Below, piece after piece: positions 38,901 through 53,217 of a DNA stretch of 64,000 nt. A model generated the notes under the pieces. It was not told where the DNA came from. It did no database searches and saw only the letters and a list, made by a program, of their open reading frames with translations. The stretch spans positions 434,001 to 498,000 of the forward strand of contig JBHGNT010000024.1 in NCBI GenBank assembly GCA_043228905.1. Direction: 5' to 3'. Origin of the DNA: Azolla caroliniana (lineage: Eukaryota; Plantae; Polypodiophyta). The first letter of the stretch is position 1; each line of letters opens with the position of its first letter. The position numbers and the translations under genes were made by a program.

Positions 38901-41570
38901 TCGAGAGACATGACGAAAATAGCAAACTTGAGGAGGGAGTTGAGAAGAGCTAGTAGGTAAATTAAAATGTTCATACCTGGCTCGTGTGATATCGGATTTT
39001 TGTGTTCAATCATGCAAATCGAAGCAAACAACGCTAGCTATGATATGGAATTAAAAAAAGAAGATTTTGAAACTCAGGTCGAGAGACATGACGAAAATAG
39101 CAAACTTGAGGAGGGAGTTGAGAAGAGCTAGTAGGTAAATTAAAATGTTCATACCTGGCTCGTGTGATATCGGATTTTTGTGTTCAACCATGCAAATCGA
39201 AGCTAGCAACGCTAGCTATGATATGGAATTAAAAAATCAGGATTTTGAAACTCAGGTCGAGAGACATGACGAAAATAGCAAACTTGAGGAGGGAGTTGAG
39301 AAGAGCTAGTAGGTAAATTAAAATGTTCATACCTGGCTCGTGTGATATCGGATTTTTGTGTTCAACCATGCAAATCGAAGCTAGCAACGCTAGCTATGAT
39401 ATGGAATTAAAAAATCAGGATTTTGAAACTTAGGTCGAGAGACATGACGAAAATAGCAAACTTGAGGAGGGAGTTGAGAAGAGCTAGTAGGTAAATTAAA
39501 ATGTTCATACCTGGCTCGTGTGATATCGGATGTTTGTGTTCAACCATGCAAATCGAAGCTAACAACGCTACCTATGATATGGAATTAAAAAAACAAGATT
39601 TTGAAACTCAGGTCCAGAGACATGACGAAAATAGCAAACCTGAGGAGGGAGTTGAGAAGAGCTAGTAGGTAAATTAAAATGTTCATACCGGGCTCGTGTG
39701 ATATCGGATTTTTGTGTTCAATCATGCAAATCGAAGCTAGCAACGCTAGCTATGATATGGAATTAAAAAATCAAGATTTTGAAACTCAGGTCGAGAGACA
39801 TGAGGAAAATAGCAAACTTGAGGAGGGAGTTGAGAAGAGCTAGTAGGTAAATGAAAATGTTCATACCTGGCTCGTGTGATATCGGATTTTTGTGTTCAAT
39901 CATGCAAATCGAAGCAAACAACGCTAGCTATGATATGGAATTAAAAAATCAAGATTTTGAAACTCAGGTCGAGAGACATGACGAAAATAGCAAACTTGAG
40001 GAGGGAGTTGAGAAGAGCTAGTAGGTAAATTAAAATGTTCATACCTGGCTCGTGTGATATCGGATTTTTGTGTTCAATCATGCAAATCGAAGCAAACAAC
40101 GCTAGCTATGATATGGAATTAAAAAAAGAAGATTTTGAAACTCAGGTCGAGAGACATGACGAAAATAGCAAACTTGAGGAGGGAGTTGAGAAGAGCTAGT
40201 AGGTAAATTAAAATGTTCATACCTGGCTCGTGTGATATCGGATTTTTGTGTTCAACCATGCAAATCGAAGCTAGCAACGCTAGCTATGATATGGAATTAA
40301 AAAATCAGGATTTTGAAACTCAGGTCGAGAGACATGACGAAAATAGCAAACTTGAGGAGGGAGTTGAGAAGAGCTAGTAGGTAAATTAAAATGTTCATAC
40401 CTGGCTCGTGTGATATCGGATTTTTGTGTTCAACCATGCAAATCGAAGCTAGCAACGCTAGCTATGATATGGAATTAAAAAATCAGGATTTTGAAACTTA
40501 GGTCGAGAGACATGACGAAAATAGCAAACTTGAGGAGGGAGTTGAGAAGAGCTAGTAGGTAAATTAAAATGTTCATACCTGGCTCGTGTGATATCGGATT
40601 TTTGTGTTCAACCATGCAAATCGAAGCTAACAACGCTACCTATGATATGGAATTAAAAAAACAAGATTTTGAAACTCAGGTCGAGAGACATGACGAAAAT
40701 AGCAAACCTGAGGAGGGAGTTGAGAAGAGCTAGTAGGTAAATTAAAATGTTCATACCGGGCTCGTGTGATATCGGATTTTTGTGTTCAATCATGCAAATC
40801 GAAGCTAGCAACGCTAGCTATGATATGGAATTAAAAAATCAAGATTTTGAAACTCAGGTCGAGAGACATGAGGAAAATAGCAAACTTGAGGAGGGAGTTG
40901 AGAAGAGCTAGTAGGTAAATGAAAATGTTCATACCTGGCTCGTGTGATATCGGATTTTTGTGTTCAATCATGCAAATCGAAGCAAACAACGCTAGCTATG
41001 ATATGGAATTAAAAAATCAAGATTTTGAAACTCAGGTCGAGAGACATGACGAAAATAGCAAACTTGAGGAGGGAGTTGAGAAGAGCTAGTAGGTAAATTA
41101 AAATGTTCATACCTGGCTCGTGTGATATCGGATTTTTGTGTTCAATCATGCAAATCGAAGCAAACAACGCTAGCTATGATATGGAATTAAAAAAAGAAGA
41201 TTTTGAAACTCAGGTCGAGAGACATGACGAAAATAGCAAACTTGAGGAGGGAGTTGAGAAGAGCTAGTAGGTAAATTAAAATGTTCATACCTGGCTCGTG
41301 TGATATCGGATTTTTGTGTTCAACCATGCAAATCGAAGCTAGCAACGCTAGCTATGATATGGAATTAAAAAATCAGGATTTTGAAACTCAGGTCGAGAGA
41401 CATGACGAAAATAGCAAACTTGAGGAGGGAGTTGAGAAGAGCTAGTAGGTAAATTAAAATGTTCATACCTGGCTCGTGTGATATCGGATTTTTGTGTTCA
41501 ACCATGCAAATCGAAGCTAGCAACGCTAGCTATGATATGGAATTAAAAAATCAGGATTTTGAAACTCAGG
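37900..41570. repeat. 6-monomer (1068 bp) higher-order repeat, about 3-4 imperfect copies
   Basis: AAAAAAAGAAG marker G at 37992, 39060, 40128, 41196 (spacing 1068); private ACTTAGG variant at 39431 and 40499. Confidence 0.85.
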
Positions 41571-44500
41571 TCGAGAGACATGACGAAAATAGCAAACTTG
41601 AGGAGGGAGTTGAGAAGAGCTAGTAGGTAAATTAAAATGTTCATACCTGGCTCGTGTGATATCGGATTTTTGTGTTCAACCATGCAAATCGAAGCTAGCA
41701 ACGCTAGCTATGATATGGAATTAAAAAATCAGGATTTTGAAACTCAGGTCGAGAGACATGACGAAAATAGCAAACTTGAGGAGGGAGTTGAGAAGAGCTA
41801 GTAGGTAAATTAAAATGTTCATACCTGGCTCGTGTGATATCGGATTTTTGTGTTCAACCATGCAAATCGAAGCTAGCAACGCTAGCTATGATATGGAATT
41901 AAAAAATCAGGATTTTGAAACTCAGGTCGAGAGACATGACGAAAATAGCAAACTTGAGGAGGGAGTTGAGAAGAGCTAGTAGGTAAATTAAAATGTTCAT
42001 ACCTGGCTCGTGTGATATCGGATTTTTGTGTTCAACCATGCAAATCGAAGCTAGCAACGCTAGCTATGATATAGAATTAAAAAATCAAGATTTTGAAACT
42101 CAGGTCGAGAGACATGACGAAAATAGCAAACTTGAGGAGGGAGTTGAGAAGAGCTAGTAGGTAAATTAAAATGTTCATACCTGGCTCGTGTGATATCGGA
42201 TTTCTGTGTTCAATCATGCAAATCGAAGCTAACAACGCTACCTATGATATGGAATTAAAAAAACAAGATTTTGAAACTCAGGTCGAGAGACATGACGAAA
42301 ATAGCAAACCTGAGGAGGGAGTTGAGAAGAGCTAGTAGGTAAATTAAAATGTTCATACCGGGCTTGTGTGATATCGGATTTTTGTGTTCAATCATGCAAA
42401 TCGAAGCTAGCAACGCTAGCTATGATATGGAATTAAAAAATCAAGATTTTGAAACTCAGGTCGAGAGACATGAGGAAAATAGCAAACTTGAGGAGGGAGT
42501 TGAGAAGAGCTAGTAGGTAAATGAAAATGTTCATACCTGGCTCGTGTGATATCGGATTTTTGTGTTCAATCATGCAAATCGAAGCAAACAACGCTAGCTA
42601 TGATATGGAATTAAAAAATCAAGATTTTGAAACTCAGGTCGAGAGACATGACGAAAATAGCAAACTTGAGGAGGGAGTTGAGAAGAGCTAGTAGGTAAAT
42701 TAAAATGTTCATACCTGGCTCGTGTGATATCGGATTTTTGTGTTCAATCATGCAAATCGAAGCAAACAACGCTAGCTATGATATGGAATTAAAAAAAGAA
42801 GATTTTGAAACTCAGGTCGAGAGACATGACGAAAATAGCAAACTTGAGGAGGGAGTTGAGAAGAGCTAGTAGGTAAATTAAAATGTTCATACCTGGCTCG
42901 TGTGATATCGGATTTTTGTGTTCAACCATGCAAATCGAAGCTAGCAACGCTAGCTATGATATGGAATTAAAAAATCAGGATTTTGAAACTCAGGTCGAGA
43001 GACATGACGAAAATAGCAAACTTGAGGAGGGAGTTGAGAAGAGCTAGTAGGTAAATTAAAATGTTCATACCGGGCTCGTGTGATATCGGATTTTTGTGTT
43101 CAACCATGCAAATCGAAGCTAACAACGCTACCTATGATATGGAATTAAAAAAACAAGATTTTGAAACTCAGGTCGAGAGACATGACGAAAATAGCAAACC
43201 TGAGGAGGGAGTTGAGAAGAGCTAGTAGGTAAATTAAAATGTTCATACCGGGCTCGTGTGATATCGGATTTTTGTGTTCAATCATGCAAATCGAAGCTAG
43301 CAACGCTAGCTATGATATGGAATTAAAAAATCAAGATTTTGAAACTCAGGTCGAGAGACATGAGGAAAATAGCAAACTTGAGGAGGCAGTTGAGAAGAGC
43401 TAGTAGGTAAATGAAAATGTTCATACCTGGCTCGTGTGATATCGGATTTTTGTGTTCAATCATGCAAATCGAAGCAAACAACGCTAGCTATGATATGGAA
43501 TTAAAAAATCAAGATTTTGAAACTCAGGTCGAGAGACATGACGAAAATAGCAAACTTGAGGAGGGAGTTGAGAAGAGCTAGTAGGTAAATTAAAATGTTC
43601 ATACCGGGCTCGTGTGATATCGGATTTTTGTGTTCAATCATGCCAATCGAAGCAAACAACGCTAGCTATGATATGGAATTAAAAAATCAAGATTTTGAAA
43701 CTCAGGTCGAGAGACATGACGAAAATAGCAAACTTGAGGAGGGAGTTGAGAAGAGCTAGTAGGTAAATTAAAATGTTCATACCTGGCTCGTGTGATATCG
43801 GATTTTTGTGTTCAATCATGCAAATCGAAGCAAACAACGCTAGCTATGATATGGAATTAAAAAATCAAGATTTTGAAACTCAGGTCGAGAGACATGACGA
43901 AAATAGCAAACTTGAGGAGGGAGTTGAGAAGAGCTAGTAGGTAAATTAAAATGTTCATACCTGGCTCGTGTGATATCGGATTTTTGTGTTCAATCATGCA
44001 AATCGAAGCAAACAACGCTAGCTATGATATGGAATTAAAAAATCAAGATTTTGAAACTCAGGTCGAGAGACATGACGAAAATAGCAAACTTGAGGAGGGA
44101 GTTGAGAGGAGCCCTTGAGTAAATTAAAATGTTCATACCTGGCTCGTGTGATATCGGATTTTTCTGTTCAACCATGCAAATCGAAGCTAGCAACGCTAGC
44201 TATGATATGGAATTAAAAAATCAGGATTTTGAAACTCAGGTCGAGAGACATGACGAAAATAGCAAACTTGAGGAGGGAGTTGAGAAGAGCTAGTAGGTAA
44301 ATTAAAATGTTCATACCTGGCTCGTGTGATATCGGATTTTTGTGTTCAATCATGCAAATCGAAGCTAACAACGCTAGCTATGATATGGAATTAAAAAAAC
44401 AAGATTTTGAAACTCAGGTCGAGAGACATGACGAAAATAGCAAACTTGAGGAGGGAGTTGAGAAGAGCTAGTAGGTAAATTAAAATGTTCATACCGGGCT

Positions 44501-47500
44501 CGTGTGATATCGTATTTTTGTGTTCAATCATGCAAATCGAAGCAAACAAGGCTAGCTATGATATGGAATTAAAAAATCAAGATTTTGAAACTCAGGTCGA
44601 GAGACATGACGAAAATAGCAAACTTGAGGAGGGAGTTGAGAGGAGCCCTTGAGTAAATTAAAATGTTCATACCTGGCTCGTGTGATATCGGATTCTTGTG
44701 TTCAAACATGCGAATCGAAGCTAACAACGCTACCTATGATATGGAATTAAAAAATCAAGATTTTCAAACTCAGGTCGAGAGACATGACGAAAATAGCAAA
44801 CTTGAGGAGGGAGTTGAGAGGAGCCCTTGAGTAAATTAAAATGTTCATACCTGGCTCGTGTGATATCGGATTTTTGTGTTCAACCATGCAAATCGAAGCT
44901 AGCAACGCTAGCTATGATATGGAATTAAAAAATCAGGATTTTGAAACTCAGGTCGAGAGACATGACGAAAATAGCAAACTTGAGGAGGGAGTTGAGAAGA
45001 GCTAGTAGGTAAATTAAAATGTTCATACCTGGCTCGTGTGATATCGGATTTTTGTGTTCAACCATGCAAATCGAAGCTAGCAACGCTAGCTATGATATGG
45101 AATTAAAAAATCAGGATTTTGAAACTCAGGTCGAGAGACATGACGAAAATAGCAAACTTGAGGAGGGAGTTGAGAAGAGCTAGTAGGTAAATTAAAATGT
45201 TCATACCTGGCTCGTGTGATATCGGATTTTTGTGTTCAACCATGCAAATCGAAGCTAACAACGCTACCTATGATATGGAATTAAAAAAACAAGATTTTGA
45301 AACTCAGGTCGAGAGACATGACGAAAATAGCAAACCTGAGGAGGGAGTTGAGAAGAGCTAGTAGGTAAATTAAAATGTTCATACCGGGCTCGTGTGATAT
45401 CGGATTTTTGTGTTCAATCATGCAAATCGAAGCTAGCAACGCTAGCTATGATATGGAATTAAAAAATCAAGATTTTGAAACTCAGGTCGAGAGACATGAG
45501 GAAAATAGCAAACTTGAGGAGGGAGTTGAGAAGAGCTAGTAGGTAAATGAAAATGTTCATACCTGGCTCGTGTGATATCGGATTTTTGTGTTCAATCATG
45601 CAAATCGAAGCAAACAACGCTAGCTATGATATGGAATTAAAAAATCAAGATTTTGAAACTCAGGTCGAGAGACATGACGAAAATAGCAAACTTGAGGAGG
45701 GAGTTGAGAAGAGCTAGTAGGTAAATTAAAATGTTCATACCGGGCTCGTGTGATATCGGATTTTTGTGTTCAATCATGCCAATCGAAGCAAACAACGCTA
45801 GCTATGATATGGAATTAAAAAATCAAGATTTTGAAACTCAGGTCGAGAGACATGACGAAAATAGCAAACTTGAGGAGGGAGTTGAGAAGAGCTAGTAGGT
45901 AAATTAAAATGTTCATACCTGGCTCGTGTGATATCGGATTTTTGTGTTCAATCATGCAAATCGAAGCAAACAACGCTAGCTATGATATGGAATTAAAAAA
46001 TCAAGATTTTGAAACTCAGGTCGAGAGACATGACGAAAATAGCAAACTTGAGGAGGGAGTTGAGAAGAGCTAGTAGGTAAATTAAAATGTTCATACCTGG
46101 CTCGTGTGATATCGGATTTTTGTGTTCAATCATGCAAATCGAAGCAAACAACGCTAGCTATGATATGGAATTAAAAAATCAAGATTTTGAAACTCAGGTC
46201 GAGAGACATGACGAAAATAGCAAACTTGAGGAGGGAGTTGAGAGGAGCCCTTGAGTAAATTAAAATGTTCATACCTGGCTCGTGTGATATCGGATTTTTC
46301 TGTTCAACCATGCAAATCGAAGCTAGCAACGCTAGCTATGATATGGAATTAAAAAATCAGGATTTTGAAACTCAGGTCGAGAGACATGACGAAAATAGCA
46401 AACTTGAGGAGGGAGTTGAGAAGAGCTAGTAGGTAAATTAAAATGTTCATACCTGGCTCGTGTGATATCGGATTTTTGTGTTCAATCATGCAAATCGAAT
46501 GTAACAACGCTAGCTATGATATGGAATTAAAAAAACAAGATTTTGAAACTCAGGTCGAGAGACATGACGAAAATAGCAAACTTGAGGAGGGAGTTGAGAA
46601 GAGCTAGTAGGTAAATTAAAATGTTCATACCGGGCTCGTGTGATATCGTATTTTTGTGTTCAATCATGCAAATCGAAGCAAACAAGGCTAGCTATGATAT
46701 GGAATTAAAAAATCAAGATTTTGAAACTCAGGTCGAGAGACATGACGAAAATAGCAAACTTGAGGAGGGAGTTGAGAGGAGCCCTTGAGTAAATTAAAAT
46801 GTTCATACCTGGCTCGTGTGATATCGGATTCTTGTGTTCAAACATGCGAATCGAAGCTAACAACGCTACCTATGATATGGAATTAAAAAATCAAGATTTT
46901 CAAACTCAGGTCGAGAGACATGACGAAAATAGCAAACTTGAGGAGGGAGTTGAGAGGAGCCCTTGAGTAAATTAAAATGTTCATACCTGGCTCGTGTGAT
47001 ATCGGATTTTTGTGTTCAACCATGCAAATCGAAGCTAGCAACGCTAGCTATGATATGGAATTAAAAAATCAGGATTTTGAAACTCAGGTCGAGAGACATG
47101 ACGAAAATAGCAAACTTGAGGAGGGAGTTGAGAAGAGCTAGTAGGTAAATTAAAATGTTCATACCTGGCTCGTGTGATATCGGATTTTTGTGTTCAACCA
47201 TGCAAATCGAAGCTAGCAACGCTAGCTATGATATGGAATTAAAAAATCAGGATTTTGAAACTCAGGTCGAGAGACATGACGAAAATAGCAAACTTGAGGA
47301 GGGAGTTGAGAAGAGCTAGTAGGTAAATTAAAATGTTCATACCTGGCTCGTGTGATATCGGATTTTTGTGTTCAACCATGCAAATCGAAGCTAGCAACGC
47401 TAGCTATGATATGGAATTAAAAAATCAGGATTTTGAAACTCAGGTCGAGAGACATGACGAAAATAGCAAACTTGAGGAGGGAGTTGAGAAGAGCTAGTAG

Positions 47501-50500
47501 GTAAATTAAAATGTTCATACCTGGCTCGTGTGATATCGGATTTTTGTGTTCAACCATGCAAATCGAAGCTAGCAACGCTAGCTATGATATGGAATTAAAA
47601 AATCAGGATTTTGAAACTCAGGTCGAGAGACATGACGAAAATAGCAAACTTGAGGAGGGAGTTGAGAAGAGCTAGTAGGTAAATTAAAATGTTCATACCT
47701 GGCTCGTGTGATATCGGATTTTTGTGTTCAACCATGCAAATCGAAGCTAGCAACGCTAGCTATGATATGGAATTAAAAAATCAGGATTTTGAAACTCAGG
47801 TCGAGAGACATGACGAAAATAGCAAACTTGAGGAGGGAGTTGAGAAGAGCTAGTAGGTAAATTAAAATGTTCATACCTGGCTCGTGTGATATCGGATTTT
47901 TGTGTTCAACCATGCAAATCGAAGCTAGCAACGCTAGCTATGATATAGAATTAAAAAATCAAGATTTTGAAACTCAGGTCGAGAGACATGACGAAAATAG
48001 CAAACTTGAGGAGGGAGTTGAGAAGAGCTAGTAGGTAAATTAAAATGTTCATACCTGGCTCGTGTGATATCGGATTTCTGTGTTCAATCATGCAAATCGA
48101 AGCTAACAACGCTACCTATGATATGGAATTAAAAAAACAAGATTTTGAAACTCAGGTCGAGAGACATGACGAAAATAGCAAACCTGAGGAGGGAGTTGAG
48201 AAGAGCTAGTAGGTAAATTAAAATGTTCATACCGGGCTTGTGTGATATCGGATTTTTGTGTTCAATCATGCAAATCGAAGCTAGCAACGCTAGCTATGAT
48301 ATGGAATTAAAAAATCAAGATTTTGAAACTCAGGTCGAGAGACATGAGGAAAATAGCAAACTTGAGGAGGGAGTTGAGAAGAGCTAGTAGGTAAATGAAA
48401 ATGTTCATACCTGGCTCGTGTGATATCGGATTTTTGTGTTCAATCATGCAAATCGAAGCAAACAACGCTAGCTATGATATGGAATTAAAAAATCAAGATT
48501 TTGAAACTCAGGTCGAGAGACATGACGAAAATAGCAAACTTGAGGAGGGAGTTGAGAAGAGCTAGTAGGTAAATTAAAATGTTCATACCTGGCTCGTGTG
48601 ATATCGGATTTTTGTGTTCAATCATGCAAATCGAAGCAAACAACGCTAGCTATGATATGGAATTAAAAAAAGAAGATTTTGAAACTCAGGTCGAGAGACA
48701 TGACGAAAATAGCAAACTTGAGGAGGGAGTTGAGAAGAGCTAGTAGGTAAATTAAAATGTTCATACCTGGCTCGTGTGATATCGGATTTTTGTGTTCAAC
48801 CATGCAAATCGAAGCTAGCAACGCTAGCTATGATATGGAATTAAAAAATCAGGATTTTGAAACTCAGGTCGAGAGACATGACGAAAATAGCAAACTTGAG
48901 GAGGGAGTTGAGAAGAGCTAGTAGGTAAATTAAAATGTTCATACCGGGCTCGTGTGATATCGGATTTTTGTGTTCAACCATGCAAATCGAAGCTAACAAC
49001 GCTACCTATGATATGGAATTAAAAAAACAAGATTTTGAAACTCAGGTCGAGAGACATGACGAAAATAGCAAACCTGAGGAGGGAGTTGAGAAGAGCTAGT
49101 AGGTAAATTAAAATGTTCATACCGGGCTCGTGTGATATCGGATTTTTGTGTTCAATCATGCAAATCGAAGCTAGCAACGCTAGCTATGATATGGAATTAA
49201 AAAATCAAGATTTTGAAACTCAGGTCGAGAGACATGAGGAAAATAGCAAACTTGAGGAGGCAGTTGAGAAGAGCTAGTAGGTAAATGAAAATGTTCATAC
49301 CTGGCTCGTGTGATATCGGATTTTTGTGTTCAATCATGCAAATCGAAGCAAACAACGCTAGCTATGATATGGAATTAAAAAATCAAGATTTTGAAACTCA
49401 GGTCGAGAGACATGACGAAAATAGCAAACTTGAGGAGGGAGTTGAGAAGAGCTAGTAGGTAAATTAAAATGTTCATACCGGGCTCGTGTGATATCGGATT
49501 TTTGTGTTCAATCATGCCAATCGAAGCAAACAACGCTAGCTATGATATGGAATTAAAAAATCAAGATTTTGAAACTCAGGTCGAGAGACATGACGAAAAT
49601 AGCAAACTTGAGGAGGGAGTTGAGAAGAGCTAGTAGGTAAATTAAAATGTTCATACCTGGCTCGTGTGATATCGGATTTTTGTGTTCAATCATGCAAATC
49701 GAAGCAAACAACGCTAGCTATGATATGGAATTAAAAAATCAAGATTTTGAAACTCAGGTCGAGAGACATGACGAAAATAGCAAACTTGAGGAGGGAGTTG
49801 AGAAGAGCTAGTAGGTAAATTAAAATGTTCATACCTGGCTCGTGTGATATCGGATTTTTGTGTTCAATCATGCAAATCGAAGCAAACAACGCTAGCTATG
49901 ATATGGAATTAAAAAATCAAGATTTTGAAACTCAGGTCGAGAGACATGACGAAAATAGCAAACTTGAGGAGGGAGTTGAGAGGAGCCCTTGAGTAAATTA
50001 AAATGTTCATACCTGGCTCGTGTGATATCGGATTTTTCTGTTCAACCATGCAAATCGAAGCTAGCAACGCTAGCTATGATATGGAATTAAAAAATCAGGA
50101 TTTTGAAACTCAGGTCGAGAGACATGACGAAAATAGCAAACTTGAGGAGGGAGTTGAGAAGAGCTAGTAGGTAAATTAAAATGTTCATACCTGGCTCGTG
50201 TGATATCGGATTTTTGTGTTCAATCATGCAAATCGAAGCTAACAACGCTAGCTATGATATGGAATTAAAAAAACAAGATTTTGAAACTCAGGTCGAGAGA
50301 CATGACGAAAATAGCAAACTTGAGGAGGGAGTTGAGAAGAGCTAGTAGGTAAATTAAAATGTTCATACCGGGCTCGTGTGATATCGTATTTTTGTGTTCA
50401 ATCATGCAAATCGAAGCAAACAAGGCTAGCTATGATATGGAATTAAAAAATCAAGATTTTGAAACTCAGGTCGAGAGACATGACGAAAATAGCAAACTTG

Positions 50501-53217
50501 AGGAGGGAGTTGAGAGGAGCCCTTGAGTAAATTAAAATGTTCATACCTGGCTCGTGTGATATCGGATTCTTGTGTTCAAACATGCGAATCGAAGCTAACA
50601 ACGCTACCTATGATATGGAATTAAAAAATCAAGATTTTCAAACTCAGGTCGAGAGACATGACGAAAATAGCAAACTTGAGGAGGGAGTTGAGAGGAGCCC
50701 TTGAGTAAATTAAAATGTTCATACCTGGCTCGTGTGATATCGGATTTTTGTGTTCAACCATGCAAATCGAAGCTAGCAACGCTAGCTATGATATGGAATT
50801 AAAAAATCAGGATTTTGAAACTCAGGTCGAGAGACATGACGAAAATAGCAAACTTGAGGAGGGAGTTGAGAAGAGCTAGTAGGTAAATTAAAATGTTCAT
50901 ACCTGGCTCGTGTGATATCGGATTTTTGTGTTCAACCATGCAAATCGAAGCTAGCAACGCTAGCTATGATATGGAATTAAAAAATCAGGATTTTGAAACT
51001 CAGGTCGAGAGACATGACGAAAATAGCAAACTTGAGGAGGGAGTTGAGAAGAGCTAGTAGGTAAATTAAAATGTTCATACCTGGCTCGTGTGATATCGGA
51101 TTTTTGTGTTCAACCATGCAAATCGAAGCTAACAACGCTACCTATGATATGGAATTAAAAAAACAAGATTTTGAAACTCAGGTCGAGAGACATGACGAAA
51201 ATAGCAAACCTGAGGAGGGAGTTGAGAAGAGCTAGTAGGTAAATTAAAATGTTCATACCGGGCTCGTGTGATATCGGATTTTTGTGTTCAATCATGCAAA
51301 TCGAAGCTAGCAACGCTAGCTATGATATGGAATTAAAAAATCAAGATTTTGAAACTCAGGTCGAGAGACATGAGGAAAATAGCAAACTTGAGGAGGGAGT
51401 TGAGAAGAGCTAGTAGGTAAATGAAAATGTTCATACCTGGCTCGTGTGATATCGGATTTTTGTGTTCAATCATGCAAATCGAAGCAAACAACGCTAGCTA
51501 TGATATGGAATTAAAAAATCAAGATTTTGAAACTCAGGTCGAGAGACATGACGAAAATAGCAAACTTGAGGAGGGAGTTGAGAAGAGCTAGTAGGTAAAT
51601 TAAAATGTTCATACCGGGCTCGTGTGATATCGGATTTTTGTGTTCAATCATGCCAATCGAAGCAAACAACGCTAGCTATGATATGGAATTAAAAAATCAA
51701 GATTTTGAAACTCAGGTCGAGAGACATGACGAAAATAGCAAACTTGAGGAGGGAGTTGAGAAGAGCTAGTAGGTAAATTAAAATGTTCATACCTGGCTCG
51801 TGTGATATCGGATTTTTGTGTTCAATCATGCAAATCGAAGCAAACAACGCTAGCTATGATATGGAATTAAAAAATCAAGATTTTGAAACTCAGGTCGAGA
51901 GACATGACGAAAATAGCAAACTTGAGGAGGGAGTTGAGAAGAGCTAGTAGGTAAATTAAAATGTTCATACCTGGCTCGTGTGATATCGGATTTTTGTGTT
52001 CAATCATGCAAATCGAAGCAAACAACGCTAGCTATGATATGGAATTAAAAAATCAAGATTTTGAAACTCAGGTCGAGAGACATGACGAAAATAGCAAACT
52101 TGAGGAGGGAGTTGAGAGGAGCCCTTGAGTAAATTAAAATGTTCATACCTGGCTCGTGTGATATCGGATTTTTCTGTTCAACCATGCAAATCGAAGCTAG
52201 CAACGCTAGCTATGATATGGAATTAAAAAATCAGGATTTTGAAACTCAGGTCGAGAGACATGACGAAAATAGCAAACTTGAGGAGGGAGTTGAGAAGAGC
52301 TAGTAGGTAAATTAAAATGTTCATACCTGGCTCGTGTGATATCGGATTTTTGTGTTCAATCATGCAAATCGAATGTAACAACGCTAGCTATGATATGGAA
52401 TTAAAAAAACAAGATTTTGAAACTCAGGTCGAGAGACATGACGAAAATAGCAAACTTGAGGAGGGAGTTGAGAAGAGCTAGTAGGTAAATTAAAATGTTC
52501 ATACCGGGCTCGTGTGATATCGTATTTTTGTGTTCAATCATGCAAATCGAAGCAAACAAGGCTAGCTATGATATGGAATTAAAAAATCAAGATTTTGAAA
52601 CTCAGGTCGAGAGACATGACGAAAATAGCAAACTTGAGGAGGGAGTTGAGAGGAGCCCTTGAGTAAATTAAAATGTTCATACCTGGCTCGTGTGATATCG
52701 GATTCTTGTGTTCAAACATGCGAATCGAAGCTAACAACGCTACCTATGATATGGAATTAAAAAATCAAGATTTTCAAACTCAGGTCGAGAGACATGACGA
52801 AAATAGCAAACTTGAGGAGGGAGTTGAGAGGAGCCCTTGAGTAAATTAAAATGTTCATACCTGGCTCGTGTGATATCGGATTTTTGTGTTCAACCATGCA
52901 AATCGAAGCTAGCAACGCTAGCTATGATATGGAATTAAAAAATCAGGATTTTGAAACTCAGGTCGAGAGACATGACGAAAATAGCAAACTTGAGGAGGGA
53001 GTTGAGAAGAGCTAGTAGGTAAATTAAAATGTTCATACCTGGCTCGTGTGATATCGGATTTTTGTGTTCAACCATGCAAATCGAAGCTAGCAACGCTAGC
53101 TATGATATGGAATTAAAAAATCAGGATTTTGAAACTCAGGTCGAGAGACATGACGAAAATAGCAAACTTGAGGAGGGAGTTGAGAAGAGCTAGTAGGTAA
53201 ATTAAAATGTTCATACC
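41200..53217. repeat. 33-monomer higher-order repeat (5874 bp), two tandem copies (~41200-47073, ~47074-52947; identity extends to ~53217), each containing an internal 12-monomer duplication
   Basis: ATAGAATT 42071/47945, GGGCTTG 42360/48234, AGGAGGCAG 43381/49255, GAATGTAAC 46497/52371, all offset 5874. Inner 12-mer: CAAGGCT at 44547/46683 and 50421/52557 (offset 2136). Confidence 0.93.
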
